The notes under the pieces are model-generated. The model ran no database searches. It saw only the letters and a list, made by a program, of their open reading frames with translations, and was not told the DNA's origin. A stretch of DNA of 63,700 bases, counting the filler, from Chiloscyllium plagiosum (lineage: Eukaryota), in the NCBI RefSeq assembly GCF_004010195.1. It is 4 parts of one record of this genome, joined end to end, with 100 filler letters (N's around TTAATTAATTAA, not from the genome) between each part and the next. Parts side by side here need not be neighbours in the genome. Positions count along the whole stretch, not along the records: positions 16,878 to 48,523 come from NC_057710.1; 3 more parts are not named here. One strand, 5' to 3'. Below, piece by piece: positions 24,823 to 37,700 of the stretch (position 1 is its first letter; the number at the start of each line of letters is the position of its first letter). The position numbers and the translations under genes were made by a program.

Positions 24823-25565
24823 AAAAATAGCATAGACTAACAAAAAGATTATTGAGGAGAGAAAAGTTAAAGTTCCCCATTATTATTTCCTCAGAGTATA
24901 TTTTCTCTCTCATTATCATTTGTTTGGAGTCATTATGTTTGTTTTTAAAACATACACGATCCTTTGGCTTGTCAGTAATTTTCACCACATTTTTTTCATT
25001 CCATCTGATGCTATCCTTAACTTCCTCTTATCCCCTTCCTGGAATTCTTTGACACATTGTAATATTCTTTGCTATGAGCCATGAACTATATTCTTAAATG
25101 TCTACTATTGTTCCTCAATTGCCTTTGCTACTAAACTCATATCCCTGTCCACTCCAGCCAGCTCTGCCTTCATTCCCTTATTATAGCTTTGCACACTAAA
25201 GAGTTTCTCCCTCTCCATGCTAGATTTGACCATGTTATGATTCTAAGTAGATATTTATTCTAACATAAAATAATTAAAACTGCTTCATTATACATCACCA
25301 TTTCGAAAATAGTCTGATCCCTGGTAGGCTGGATGTGAAAAGCGGGCATTTCATGCTTTGGAATAATTTAAAACTAGGGGTCATCCAGTACATAAACAGA
25401 AAAGATTTAGAGTGATATGGGCCAAATTCAGGCAAATGGGACCGGTTTAGCTTGGGAAACCTGGTCAGCAGGGACAAGTTGGACTGAAGGTTCTGTTTCC
25501 GTGTGGTTTGATTCTATGACTCAGTAAGACAGTGATACAGATTTTTTTTCTCTGTAAGGTAGTTA

Positions 25566-26520
25566 TAGAGTCATAGAGATGTACAATGCAGAAACAGACC
25601 CTTCGTTCCAACTCGTCCATGCTGATCAGATATCCTAACCTAATCTAGTCCCACCTGCCAGCACCCGGCCCATATCTCTCCAATCACTTCCCATTCATAT
25701 ACACATCCAGATGCCTTTTAAATGTTGCAATTGTACTAGCTTCCACCACTTCCCCTGGTAGCTCATTCCACACATGCACCACTTTCTGTGTGAAAAAGTT
25801 GCCCCTTATGTCCCTTTTATATCTTTCCCCTCTCTCCCTAAACCTATGCCCTCTAGTTCTGGACTCCTCTACCCCAGGGAAAAGACTTTGTCTATTTATC
25901 CTATCCACGCCCCTCATGATTTTATAAACCTCTATGAGATCACCGCTCAGGCTCCGATGCTCCAGGGAAAACAGCCCCATCCTACTCAGCCTTTCCCTGT
26001 CGCTCAAATCCTCCAACCCTGGAAATATCCCTGTAAATCTTCTTTGAACCCTTTCAAGTTTCACAACATCCTTCCGATCAGAAGGATAACAGAATTGCAT
26101 GCAGTACTCCAACAGTGGCCTAACCAACGTCCCGTACGGCCACAAGATGATCTCCCAACTCCCGTGCTCAATATTCTGACTAATAAAGGAAAATGTATCA
26201 AATGCCTTCTTCACTTTTCTATCTACTTGCAGCTCTACTTTCAAGAGCTATGAACCTGCTTCCAAGATCTCTTTGTTCAGCAACACTCCCTAGCATCTTA
26301 CCATTAAGTGTATAAGTACTGCTGAGAATTGCTTTCCCAAAATGCAGCACCTCGCATTTATCTAAACTAAATTCCATCTGCCACTCCTCAGCCCATTGGC
26401 CCACCTGATCAAGATTCCATTGAAATCTGAGGGAACATTCTTCGCTGTCCAATACACCTCCAATTTTGGTGTCTTCTGCAAACTTACCAACTACGCTCCT
26501 ATGTTCATATCCAAATCATT
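25566..26520 (-). mobile_element. CR1 LINE 3' ~1 kb
   Basis: ORFs 25684..26244 and 26219..26452 (LVRPLLEYCMQF...RVQRRFT...RGNFFTQKVVHVWNELP); tail tagagtcatagag. Confidence 0.95.
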
Positions 26521-26743
26521 CGAGGATCTTTGGAATTCGCTTCCTCAAAAGACAATTGAAGAACAGTCCTTGAATATTTTTAAGTCAGATGAAGATATGT
26601 TATTGACAAGCAAGAGGTGAAAGGTTATCTGAAGAAAATTGGATTGTGGAATAAATAGATCAGCCATGATCCTATTGAATGACAGATGATGCTTGAGAGA
26701 CTGACTGGCCTATATTGCTTGTAATTCTGATGCTCTCATATGT

Positions 26744-26873
26744 TCCTGATGAAGGGCTTTTGCCCGAAACATCGATTTTACTGCTCCTCAGATACTGCCT
26801 GAACTGCTGTGCTCTTCCAGCACACCACTAATCCAGAATCTGGTTTCCAGCATCTGCAGTCATTGTTTTTACC
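26744..26873 (+). mobile_element. PLE pLTR mini-insertion starting at the hammerhead, with tail
   Basis: CTGATGA (26746-52), A, GGGC-TTTT-GCCC, GAAAC-ATC; flanking repeat ctcatatgt (26735-43, 26876-84); closely similar to 52662-52791. Confidence 0.85.
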
Positions 26874-26954
26874 TGCTCATATGTATAGTCTGCTGTTCCC
26901 AGTCTCTTATTTCTTTATTTTAGCTCCATGGTATAAGAATACGGGAGGAAACAG

Positions 26955-27292
26955 CCTAGTGGCATTATCACTGTGCTGTTAATCCAGAGACCCAGGTCAT
27001 GTTCTGGGGGACCCAGGTTTGTTCCCTGCCATGACAAATGGTGGATTTGAATTCAACTTTTAAAAAATCTGGAATTAAGAGTCCAATGATGACCATAAGC
27101 CCACTGTTGATTGTTGGAAAAACCCATTTGATTCACTAATGTCCTTTCAGGAAGGAAACATCCTTACCTGGTCTGGCCAACATGTGACTCCAGACCCACA
27201 GTAATATGCTTGACTTTCAAATGTCCTCTGTAATTAGGGATGGGCAATACATCCCGGCCTAGCCAGTGATGCCCTCATCCCATGAGTGATTT
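26955..27292 (+). mobile_element. tRNA-derived SINE with LINE-like 3' tail
   Basis: Head ctagtggcattatcactg...gacccaggttt; body shared with 1400-1715; tail gggatgggcaat...gatgccctcatcccatgagtga also seen reversed near 44435-44490 and 57810-57870. Confidence 0.65.
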
Positions 27293-27924
27293 TTTTTAAA
27301 AAATCTACACCATACCGAGACTGTCACAATTAAGTTGGGTTGGTTATGTAGCCTGAAATCAGATACTTGCTTATGAAAAGAAATCTTCTATTGTGAGCTC
27401 AGGTTTGTGGTGAATTCTCAGGGTAATCAAAGAGTGTGCTGTAAGGGTAGAATGAAGGCTTCAACCAAAAAAAATGCAGCTTCCTTCAAACACAAACAGT
27501 GTATCAAGGACAGAGAGAAAATATAAGTTAAGAGACAAAAGCACGAACCAACAACTCATCTGAAGCTCAATTATTTGTGACATGCTGCCACATTTTTGGT
27601 AGAAATGTCCAGCCACAATTTAGCCTTTTAGCAGCCACCTACATATCCATCAGAACTCTCCCACACACTGCAGATATTGGACATGATCATCTTCATACCA
27701 AATGGAAACCAGCTGACTATTCAGGCAGTTTCTGCAGTATTTTTTTATTCCCTTCTTGTTGTGTTCACACTTTAATGTGTAACCTGAAGAGTCCTGAAAG
27801 TAAAAGGGAATAGGTTGTTGGTATTCCTGTATCCCAGACATCAGGTGGACAATGGTATGAAAACACCCTGAGCTGAAGAAAAATGTTTATGGTGTATCTG
27901 GTACAAGAGCTCATTCAGTAATTT

Positions 27925-28095
27925 TCACATTGCTATCTGTGGAGCTTTGCTGTACAGCAACTGACAGCTGTGTTTCGTCCACTACATATCAAAGATTAAA
28001 CTGAACAGCATTCCAACATTATTTCATTGTTTGTGAAACTCTTTGAGATGTCCCAAAATCATGAAAGCTGGTCTCAAATGAATATGTTCTTTCAT
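27925..28095 (+). mobile_element. DeuSINE-like 3' relic
   Basis: cacattgctatctgtggagctttgctgt...tcattgtttgtgaaactctttgagatgtcc...tgaaag resembles the SacSINE1/AmnSINE1 3' part (recognised from memory). Confidence 0.5.
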
Positions 28096-28796
28096 TCTTT
28101 GCTCTTCTTTTCTCTCCATTCATTTATTTCTTTTTCTCCAGTTTAAAATCTACTTTCAGTTATGTGAATTGTAGCTTGGCCTGAAATTAGACAACACTAC
28201 ATGATAACACAGTGCTTCCTGAAACAGTTGTGCAACCTTCCTTAAGTACAGATAGCCTTTACTGTAACACAGCATGTTATTTCAAGTCTCAGTCCATTTT
28301 AAATCATCAGGTCACAAACTTTAAAAAGATTCATTAAGTTGTAGCACCTAACTGGCCTCTTTAATTTCCTATTAACTGAACTGCTGAAAGAAATATGAAA
28401 AACTAGAAAAGTAATGTTAATTTTATTTTGTGAACAATTGTATCCCAAAGAGATTTTTTTTTAAATGAGTGTATTTTAGGAAATGTATTTTGCTTCATGA
28501 ACATATGAGATTGGAAAAAAAATGTTGCATAGAAACATAGTGTTATCTTATTATTCAAACATTCCATTTAATTGGCTCATACATCTCTTAATAATTAATG
28601 TGCTGGGATTATGGGTCAAGATACTGGCAATGTTATGAGTCAACGGTTCTTTTTCCCGTACTAAGAAGCCAATTTTACTGAATCTTTCATTAAATTTTAC
28701 AAGCCACACACATGCTGTGTAGATCAGTTAATTCCTCTTTAGAGATATAAATTGCAAATGTCTGAACTCTACCAGAGAACATAGTATATCACAATT

Positions 28797-29117
28797 GAAC
28801 AAAAAACTGAAGTTGCTGGAAATCTGAAACCAAACCAGAAATTACTGGAGAATCTCAGCAATCTGGCCGCATCTGTGGAGAGAAAATAGTGTCAATGTTG
28901 AACTGAGAAGAATCTCTTTGTTCCCCCCTCTCTCTGTCACCACTCTAACTTTTGCTGTAAATTCTGTATCTTACAATCTTATACTTCACAACCACCTGAT
29001 GAAGGAGCAGCTCTCTGAAAGCTAGTGCTTCCAAATAAATCTGTTGGACTGCAACCTGGTGCTGTGTGATTTTTAACTTTGTACACCCTAGTCCAACATC
29101 GACACTTCCAAATCATG
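28797..29117. mobile_element. Adjacent PLE pLTR fragments: family D (minus, ~28797-28900) and family B (plus, ~28920-29117)
   Basis: Similarity to 9311-9513 and 13740-13944 respectively; the family B copy ends in the full tail (cccagtccaaca...ccaaatca-like). Confidence 0.75.
28993..29027 (+). ncRNA. Minimal hammerhead motif, family B
   Basis: CAC-CTGATGA(28996-29002)-A-GGAGCAGCTCTCT-GAAA-GC-TA-GTG: stem I CAC/GTG, AGCT palindrome as helix III, CUA triplet; stem II partly mutated. Confidence 0.65.
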
Positions 29118-29119
29118 AT

Positions 29120-29820
29120 TTCTATAAAAGTAGGAGCCTTTATGCACATGCCAAGTATCCTTAGCCTCCTGATGAAGTAGAACTATTGTTTGATTTCTTG
29201 ACCATTACATCAACTTGGGTGGACCAGGACAGACTGTTGGTGATCATCTCTAAAGAATTTGATGCTCTCGAAAATCTCCACCTTAGCTCCATTGATGTAG
29301 ATAAGGGCATGCCCTCCTCCTGGCTTCCTGAAGTCAATGACCAGCTCTTTTGAGGGAGAGATTGTTATCTCTACACCATATCACCCAAGAACTCTATGTC
29401 TTTCCTGTCTTTCGTCTCATCATTGTTTGAGATCCAGCCTACAATGGTGGTATCATCAGCGACCTTGTAGATGGAGTTAAGAAGAAATTTGGCCACACAG
29501 TCATGAGTGTACAGGGAGTATAGTAAGGAGCAGTCTTGCAGGGTACTGGAATTGAGGATTATCATGGAGGAGGTGTTGCCTATTCTCACTGATTGCGGTC
29601 TGTGGGTCAGGAAGTCAAGGATCCAGTTGCAAAGAACGGAGCAGAGACCAAGGTCTCAGATTTTGAAGATTAGTTTGGTTGGAGTTATTGTGTTGAAGTC
29701 AGAGCTGTAGTCAATAAGTAGGAGTCTGATGTAGGTATCCTTGTTATCCAGACATTCCAGGTATGAGCGAAGGGCCAGGGAGTTAGTGTCTGCCGTGGAT
29801 CTGTTGAGACAATAGCTGAG
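29120..29820 (-). mobile_element. Rex1/Babar-type LINE RT fragment
   Basis: ORF 29371..29589 [14 protein letters not shown]...[19 protein letters not shown]. Confidence 0.85.
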
Positions 29821-29832
29821 GATAGAGTATTA

Positions 29833-31118
29833 CAGAATTTTTTTGAAGGTGGTAATAATGGAACAGAATGATTCTTACTTTTAAGCTGAATATAAGGGGA
29901 TTCCAGATGTGAGGTTTGGAGGCAGTTTGGACTTTAGGCAAGGTATAGTTATTATCTGGAGTGCTGCTTGTTTTACTGTGTTCTGATGTTAAAAGCAGAG
30001 ATAATGGTTCATAAATGTATAATCAAGGCTTTTCAAAGATCAGAAAAATTCTGGTCATGTGATGGGCCTATTAAGGGCTCGGTTTCTATTTATCAATTAT
30101 TTTTCCATCTCTCTGGTCAAGGATTTATTATTCACCTCAGGATATAGTTAAACTTCATTAGATCTGTCCATCAGCATCAATGCTACTGGTAACATCCAGC
30201 ACAATGGCTGTAACATTCAACTACCCACTCTGCATATGCAATTCAGAGACTGAACCATTTATCTTTTTTTCCAAAATGTTTATCTTTTTTGAACCCACAT
30301 CTTATTTCTAATCTATCTATAGATGTATTACATTATTAAGTCTTCTCTCATTTAATAATTCAATTCACGAAAACCTGGTTACTCTTGTTCCTTTTAAAAC
30401 ATAAATCCATTGAAGTCTGGGAGAAAGGTATTCACAAGGAATTTATCCAGTTTACAAATTAGCTTTGTAACCATTGAGGGGGTGGGTGAACAAAGTGAAG
30501 GAACCAATGTATCTCTCCTCAGCTGCAGGTTTAATAATTTGGAGTATTTGGCTGGAACTGTGACATATTATGGAACCTCGCCCAGGGTCTGGATATAGTA
30601 CATTTTGTTTGAAGCTTTGCAGAATTTCTTTGAAGGTGGTAATAATACAACAGAATTATTCTTACCTTGTAGGTGAATATAAGGGACTTCCTGGTGCTAT
30701 GTTTTGAGGCAGTTTGGACTGTAAGCAGGGCTTAGTTATTATCTGGAGTGCTGCTTGTTTTACTGTGTTATGATGTTAAAAGCAGAGATAAGAGTTCATT
30801 AATGTATAGTTGAAACTTTATTGCTGGAACAGCACAGCAGGTCAGGCAGCATCCAGGGAACAGGAGATTCGACGTTTCGGGCACAGGCCCCCTGTTCCCT
30901 GGATGCTGCCTGACCTGCTGTGCTGTTCCAGCAATAAAGTTTCAACTTTGATCTCCAGCATCTGCAGACCTCACTTTCTCCTTCATTAATGTATAATCAA
31001 GGCTTTTCAAAGATCAGACATTTTAGTCATGTGATGGGCCTATTAAGGACTCAGTTTCAATTTATCAATTATTTTCCAATCTCTCCAGTCAAAGATTGAT
31101 TATTTACCTTCAGAGATA
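29833..31118. repeat. Diverged local direct duplication (~29833-30145 vs ~30620-31118)
   Basis: Both copies run cagaattt..ttgaaggtggtaataat...gttattatctggagtgctgcttgttttactgtgtt...aatcaaggcttttcaaagatcag...gtcatgtgatgggcctattaagg; only copy 2 has the PLE insertion. Confidence 0.9.
30809..30981. mobile_element. Fold-back PLE pLTR mini-element (family A)
   Basis: Inverted arms, 35-nt tail, 14-bp TSD ttcattaatgtata (30795-30808, 30982-30995); the CTGANGA half of the hammerhead is lost at the inversion point. Confidence 0.9.
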
Positions 31119-31569
31119 GACAGGGCTAATCAGGTTCAAATAATCTCCCTTTGTTATCCGTTTCGCTTCAGAGAATGAATATTGTATTTGTCTTGCCCAT
31201 GTAATTATACACATTAAATTCCACAAGGGTGATGGTTCAGCTTTGTCCATTAGAAGTTTCTAGAACTGTGGCCAACTTGTGAATCATGCAATCTGTAGCA
31301 GCCATCTTTAGTCCAGTAAAGTGCATCTTACAATTAAGTAAGCCCAGATTTTTTTTATCTCAACAATTTATAACCTCTTGTCTTATTGCCATGAAAACAA
31401 TAAGCTGTGAGGAGAATAGTAATGAACTGAAAGAGAACTTAAACAAGTGGTGGGATAGACAGAGAAGTGAAAGGTAAAATCTAATTCAGAAGTGTGAAAT
31501 GATTCATTTTGGTGAAGAATTTAGAGAGAAAATGTAAAATAAAGGTTAGATTTTTTATCAAAATGGAGG

Positions 31570-31670
31570 GTTCTGAGGAAAGGTCACTTTACCCGAAACG
31601 TTAAGTCTGATTTCTCACCAAAGATGCTGGCAGACCTGCTGAGCTTCTCCATAAATTTCTGTTTTGTTCC
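31570..31670 (+). mobile_element. PLE pLTR fragment (family D) with hammerhead motif
   Basis: TT-CTGAGGA(31573-79)-A-AGGTCACTTTACCC-GAAAC-GTT-AA; downstream sequence similar to 9420-9480. Confidence 0.7.
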
Positions 31671-31671
31671 T

Positions 31672-33500
31672 GGGGGTGAAGGCTGAAGTGCGGGTGGTGA
31701 ATTAGACCAAGCTGGGGGCCCTGTTAACTACAGTGCTGGGGAATCCTCAGTCGAGGAAGACGGTGGACATTTCGGAAATGCCTTTATTAAAGTTGGCATC
31801 ATCAGTACAGATGTGAAAGGGTCGGAAGAACTAGGTGAACAGAATGGGGTCTTTGCAGGGAGCAGGGTGTGTGGATGGATGGTCCAGAAAACTGTGGGAG
31901 TTGGTAGTTTTGTACTGGATATTGGTGGCCAGCCTATCCCCAGGAATGGAAACAGAGATGTTGAGGAAGGGAAGGGAGGATGCAAGGTTTGTGAAAGCTT
32001 GTGAAGGGAGGAGTCAAAGATGAACCAGGTGATGGAAACTGAATGATGCCATTGGTGTACTGGAGAAAGAGTTTGGAGTGCGGGCCAAAGTAGGACTGGA
32101 ACATGTACCCCACAAAGAGACAGGCATAACGGGAGCCTATGCAGGTACCCATAGCCAGCCCTCTGACCTGAAGAAAATGAAAGGAGTTAAAGAGGAAGCT
32201 GTTCAGTTTGAAGATGAGCTCGGCCAGGTGGAGGAGATGGAGGTGGGGGTGTGGGGAACGAATCAGGCCTATTTTCCAGGACCGTCCTAATGGGGAATAG
32301 GTGTGTAAAGGGATTGCACATCCATGGTAAAAGGGAGGTAGCTGGAACTTGCAGACTGGAAGTTCTGAAACTGACGTAAACCTTCAGAGGAACCACAAAC
32401 ATAAGTGAGGATAAAAAAAATCAAGTCGTGGTAGAGCGAGATGAGTTCTGTGGGGCAGAAGCAGGTAGAAGCAATGGGTCCCCCCCAGGCAGTCCTGTTA
32501 TGGATTTTGGGAAGGAGTTAGAAGCAAGCTGTATGTGGTTGGGGTCCAATGAGCTTGGAGACAGTGGAGGGAAGATCACCAAATGAAATAAGGTTAGTGC
32601 CCATTGTGGACATAATAGCCTCTGTTCCATGGTCGGGATTTGGTCCAGGGCGAGATAGGAGGCAGTATCTGAGAGCTGGCGCTCAGCCTGTACAATGTAG
32701 AGGTCAGTCTGCCAGACAAGCTTGCAAATTTAATTTGAAAGTCAGGTTTGGATCTGAGAGCATGGATTGCATTTTGGAGAGAAATAGGTTGGAATGGATG
32801 GGGAGAGGCAGAAAAACTGAGTTGTCAGTAAAAAGGTCAAATGTAGGTTAAAGGCCAGAGGGAGGGGTCCAAGTGGAGAAAGAGTATTAGAGGTGGGCGA
32901 AGGGATGTGTAGGATGGAAAGAGGATTCTTGTCCAAAGAAATAGGCATGGGGGCACGGTAGCTCAGTGGTTAGCACTGCAGCCTCACAGCACCAGGGTCC
33001 CAGGTTCGATTCCAGCCTCGGATGACTGTGTGGAGTTTGTACATTCTCCCCATGTCTGCGTGGGTTTCCTCCGGGTGCTCCAGTTTCCTCCCACAATCCA
33101 AAGATGTGCAGGTCAGGTGACTTGGCCATGCTAAATTGCCCGTAGTGTTAGATGCATTATTCAGAGAGAAGTGGGTCTGGATGGGCTATTCTTCGGAGGG
33201 TCTGTGTGGACTGGTTGGGCTGAAGGGCCTGTTTCCCCTCTGTAGGGAATCTAATCCAATCTAATCAAAAGTGGCAGAAGGAAAAATTTAACATCATGTC
33301 ACGCCCAGAATTCAGTTGGGGAATGCAGAGGCTTAAAACTGAGACCTTCACTGAGTACAGAACGTGCAGTATCAGAGAGTAGAAGGTCCGACAGGATAGT
33401 AAATACACAATGCGTGGTGGGGTTGGGAGAGGGGATAGAGTCAGAGGGAAGGAAAGGGTAGGAAGGTTCCAGGAGGGCGTGTGTATCTCTGAGTTGCTGC
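31672..33500 (-). mobile_element. Degenerate Penelope-like RT coding region, interrupted by a SINE
   Basis: Minus-strand pieces: VFTILSDLLLSDTARSVLSEGLSFKP (33299..33502), MGTCIGSRYACLFVGY (31934..32152); homologous to 52800-53915. Confidence 0.8.
32949..33266 (+). mobile_element. HE1-like tRNA-derived V-SINE, full length
   Basis: A box ggtagctcagtggttagc, B box ggttcgattcc, V-domain gtgtggagtttgtacattctcccc...tgcgtgggtttcctccgggtgctcc, CR1-like tail gaagggcctgtttcc, (aatct)n end. Confidence 0.9.
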
Positions 33501-34205
33501 ATCTTGTATGAAACCCTGGTTTGGTCTCAATTTAAGTGTTATCTCGAATTCCAAGCACCACAATTGACGAAAGATATGAAGGAGAGTACAGAAAAGACTC
33601 ATGAGAACAGTTCCAGCCATGTTGATAGTTTGGAGAAGCAGTGGCTGATTTTCTTCCTGCCATGGTCTCCCACCTTGCTGCAGTGGAGAGACTGAAGTGT
33701 TCCATTGATCCCGAGAATGATGCCAATAGGAGTTCTCAACTCCTGGCAGAGCCAGCCATGGTGGTAAGGTCGGAGAGCAGGAACCAGACAAAGCAAAGTC
33801 CAAACAAGTCTTCAACAGCGATCCAGGCAGAAGCTACTTATGTGGTATTAATAGTTGAGATGGTGGGCAAAGGTTGCAGTGATAGGGAGATCCCAGTCTT
33901 TCAAGGTTCTTTTTCCAGTGGAACTGAATCTACCTTTTGTCAAAGACAGTGTGGCTGCTGAGGTGTAACAGCAACCCCACGTTAGAAAGTATTCCACACA
34001 AGGTGTCTACCTAGAGGAACTCAATCCCCCAATACACGCCATACAATCCCTGTGCAAGCAGTGAGATATAACACAATCAGGATTGCTCAATCTGGAACTG
34101 CCCTAGCTTTGGACCAGCATGTGGTTGGTGGAGTTTGACTTGGTCATTTCGCCCTTGGAATAGGAATGGGATACGTTTTCATTGGTTTTCTTCATGACTG
34201 AGCAG

Positions 34206-34374
34206 GAGAAAGTGAGGTCTGCAGATGCTGGAGATCAAAGTTGAAACTTTATTGCTGGAACAGCACAGCAGGTCAGGCAGCATCCTGAAGAAGGGCCTGT
34301 GCCCGAAACGTCGAATCTCCTGTTCCCTGGATGCTGCCTGACCTGCTGTGCTGTTCCAGCAATAAAGTTTCAAC
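34206..34374. mobile_element. Fold-back PLE pLTR mini-element (family A) with intact hammerhead core
   Basis: Antisense tail and arm, then sense arm starting at CTGAAGA (34285-91)...GAAAC-GTC (34305-12); 16-bp TSD cttcatgactgagcag (34190-34205, 34375-34390). Confidence 0.9.
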
Positions 34375-34399
34375 CTTCATGACTGAGCAGCCCTCTTCA

Positions 34400-34850
34400 G
34401 GACCCACTCTGCTCACCTCTCACAGGGAAGGGACAAGGAGAGGTGCCCAAACAAATAATTTGCTCCATCACCAACCTGGCAGGAAAACCACACCCAGTGG
34501 CTCATTTACCAGCGGTCTGAAAAACAAAGTGAAATCCAATCTCAGAACCTGGAATGTACGCCCTCTCAAACTACAAGTAGACCAATCACCTGGAGTAAAG
34601 AGCTGCCCTTGTTGCAAGTAAACACCCAGTGGCAAAAGGAAGTACAGAAAGGAACCAAACAAAGGAATGCCAATAATCCCAAGGCCAAGGACCAATCCCA
34701 CCTCCCAGAAACACCTGCCAAATGTGTGGTGGGAGATGGGGCTTGAGGATCGGGCTCATCAGTCTCACAAGGAGCTGCAGAGTATGACCAGTGACATGGA
34801 ATTTCCTAGCTGGACAATCAGCCTTGATAACAAGTGATTGTCAATAATAA
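34400..34850 (+). mobile_element. RTE-type LINE relic, internally deleted
   Basis: NLRTWNVRPL (endonuclease start) followed soon after by a TCQMCGGRWGLRIGLISL-like C-terminal Cys motif. Confidence 0.55.
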
Positions 34851-36499
34851 TGACAGCTGTCCTTTCTTTAAGAAGCATGGAGAGAAAATTTCAAAATCAC
34901 GATAAGTCCGGACAGAGGAGTTAGAGAGGAATTGTTAACAGATGGTCGAGGATCCGAGGCCACCACTTTAAAGTTATTGGCAGAAGCAGCAACGGTGTCA
35001 TGAGGAAAACGTTTTATGTACAGAGCGTAATTAGGATCTAGGATGCACGCTGCAACTAAAGGTGGAGGCAGATTCTGTTGAAGAATTGAAGAGAATTTTT
35101 TTGCAAGATTATTGCAATAAAAGATGAGGGAGAGGGGCCTGCTGTTTTAAAGAGTTCATGTGGACATGCGCTGTAACTGCAACTATGATTCTGTAACAAA
35201 GCTACAATAGAGGTCTACAACCATGTGAAACAATGGAAACAATATGTTCTACACCATGCTGCGCAATCCTATAAGCAAGCAATCAGATCAGAATTCTGCA
35301 GTCCTTCCACATCCAGATGTGAATATGGTGAATAACCGAATCGTTAAAGAGAGGAGACATCTCCATGAACAACCCCATTCTCATTGATGAGGAACTCGGC
35401 ACAAAGGAAACAGAAATGCTGTATAATCTTTCTATGAACAAGGTTGAAACATTAGCTGCCGTCTTCAGTAGAAGTGTTGATTGGAAGATCGCTTGCAGTG
35501 TCCTGCTGTTTACATTCCCACCTTCACAGATCGCAGTCTTTAGCCAATTAGATTCACTCTCTATGGTTGGAAAGAAAGGGTGAACATACTGGTTGTAATA
35601 AAAACCCTGACATAGTGCTGAGCATTTGTACTTGGAAGCTATCTGCACACTTAGCCAAATTGTTTCACTACAGTTACAATACTGGCATAAATCCAACAAT
35701 GTTGTTAGTCCAGTTACATCCTCTCAATAAAAAAATCAAGAGAAATCTAATGCACAAATTATCAGCCATTAGTACTCTCAATCATCAGTAAGTGGTGAAG
35801 ATGTGGTCAGCAGTAATACCAAGCAATACTTTTAGTATCACCCACTTTAACAATGTTCATTTTGGGTTCAGGCAGGATCAATATGTGCCAGATTTTATTA
35901 TAGCCTTGATCCTAAGGTTGGACAAAAGAACTGAGTTTCAAAGGTGAGGGGAGAGTAACCATCAAAAGCAGCGCTTTACCGTGTTGAACGTGATATTAAG
36001 GCATCTTCGCAAAGTATAAATTAATGCAAATCATGGGGAATAGCCTCCACTGTCTTGAGTGATAACTAACTCAAAAAGAAGATGGTTGTGATTGTTAGAC
36101 CCAATCACCTCAGTCCAAGGATATGTGTACTAAGTGAGAAGTGACCCATATCACTTTGTCACCCCACTATGCAGTCTCAAATGGTCGAGCAGAATGCATG
36201 GCAATTACTATAAAATTAATGATCATTATTTGTGCATTTCATTACTGCATTTGTGTGCAACTCTAATGGATACTCTCAGCACAACATACATTCAGAAGAC
36301 AAGTGTAAGCAATTTCTCCCAGTAACCAATTTTTTCATGATTCTGAGACACAGGACATTCTTATTCAAAGACATAGGAGAAAGATATGTAAACAGCAAAC
36401 AGACAGAGAACTTCACACTAGTTAAAGAGTGCAAGTTTGAATACAAATATTAGATACTAGCAGAAGTCTCTAAAATATGCAACCAGCACACATCCTAAA

Positions 36500-37122
36500 A
36501 GATTCACAGGGATGTACCTGGAATGAAAAGTCTCAGTTTTGAACAGACTGAATAGGCTGGGTTTGGTTTCCTTCGAGCAGAGGAGGCTGAGGGTGGATCT
36601 GATTGAAATATACAAAATTGTGAGAAACACATACAGAAAAGATCATGAGAATCTTTTTAAATGTCAGCCATTTCTAAGACCAGAGGACATAAGTTTATGG
36701 TGAGGAATCAGTGGTTTTGAGGAGATGTAAGAATTTGTTTTTCATCCAGCAGTTGGTCGGAATATAAAGTGCGCTTGTCTAAGAGGGTCTTGGAGGTAGG
36801 TACTCTCACAACATTTAAGAAGCATATGGATGAGTACTTACAATTCTAGGATATAGTAAACTTTGAGGAGAAAGTGAGGTCTGCAGATGCTGGAGATCAG
36901 AGCTGGAAATGTGTTGCTGAAGAAGGGCTTATGCCCGAAACGTCGATTCTCCTGTTCCCTGGATGCTGCCTGACCTGCTGCGCTTTTCCAGCAACACATT
37001 TCCAGCTATAGTAAACTATGAACCAAGTGCATGTAATAGAATGAGTGCAATTTGATGTTTCCTGGGCAGCATCGATATGGTGGGCCGAAGGGCCTGTTTC
37101 TATACTGTATGACTCTATGACT
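36500..37122 (+). mobile_element. CR1 LINE 3' end carrying a nested PLE mini-element
   Basis: LNRLGLVSFEQRRLRVDLIEIYKIVR-like remnant; 3'UTR tgggccgaagggcctgtttctatactgt and (tatgactc)n tail. Confidence 0.85.
36867..37006. mobile_element. PLE mini-element (family A): inverted tail plus sense arm starting at the hammerhead core
   Basis: CTGAAGA (36917-23), A, GGGC-TTAT-GCCC, GAAAC-GTC (36937-44); 15-bp TSD tatagtaaactttga (36852-66) / tatagtaaactatga (37007-21). Confidence 0.9.
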
Positions 37123-37179
37123 CAAGAAGAATGTATACTCCTCCAGAGAGAGAGATAGTCATCAGGTCTTATGAGCCCA

Positions 37180-37700
37180 TGAAATCAGAACAGAAGTAGA
37201 CCGTTCAGCCTTTCAAATCAACTCCTCCATTCAATAAAATTGTTGCTGATCTACTTGTGTTTTGAATTCAACGTCCACCTCTGTCTTAAAATATTCACTT
37301 CCATTGCCAATTTTCGAAGAAAAAGACCCTCCTTTTCTCTGTCCTGAAGGGGCAGCCCCTAATTTTTATGCATTCACCGCCGACCCCTCGTCTCCCCAAC
37401 CTACACCATGCTGAACTGACCCACAAGATAAAACATTGTTTCCATATTCACCTTGTCATTATCATTCAGGATCTTATTTCAATCAAGAATCCCCTTACTC
37501 TTTTAAACTCCAGTGGATACAAGCCAAGCCTGTCTAAACTATTATCAGAAAATAAAATGCTCATTCCAAGTGTGAATCAAGTAAAAAATCTTCTGAATTA
37601 CCTCCAATAAACCTTCTTAAAAAGATGAAATGACATACAGTATTTGGGATGTGGTCTCACCGATAACCTGTACACTTGAAGCAAAACGTTCTTACTGATG
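37180..37700 (-). mobile_element. CR1 3' relic
   Basis: Resembles 4165-4750 (cagaagtagaccgttcagcc...ctccattcaat...ttaaactccagtggatacaag). Confidence 0.65.

Noticed and set aside
25774..26253. Long plus-strand ORFs antisense to CR1 (also 55660..56172)
   Set aside because: Shadow frames of the CR1 ORF2 on the opposite strand.
30660..30725. Possible small minus-strand exon (cttacag | SKLPQNIAPGSPLYSPT | gtaag) in the duplicated segment
   Set aside because: No recognisable homology, the paralogous copy has an in-frame stop, and no partner exons were found.
32949..33020. Possible tRNA gene (also 39577-39642, minus strand)
   Set aside because: It runs directly into a V-SINE domain and CR1-like tail; it is a SINE head without a convincing acceptor stem.
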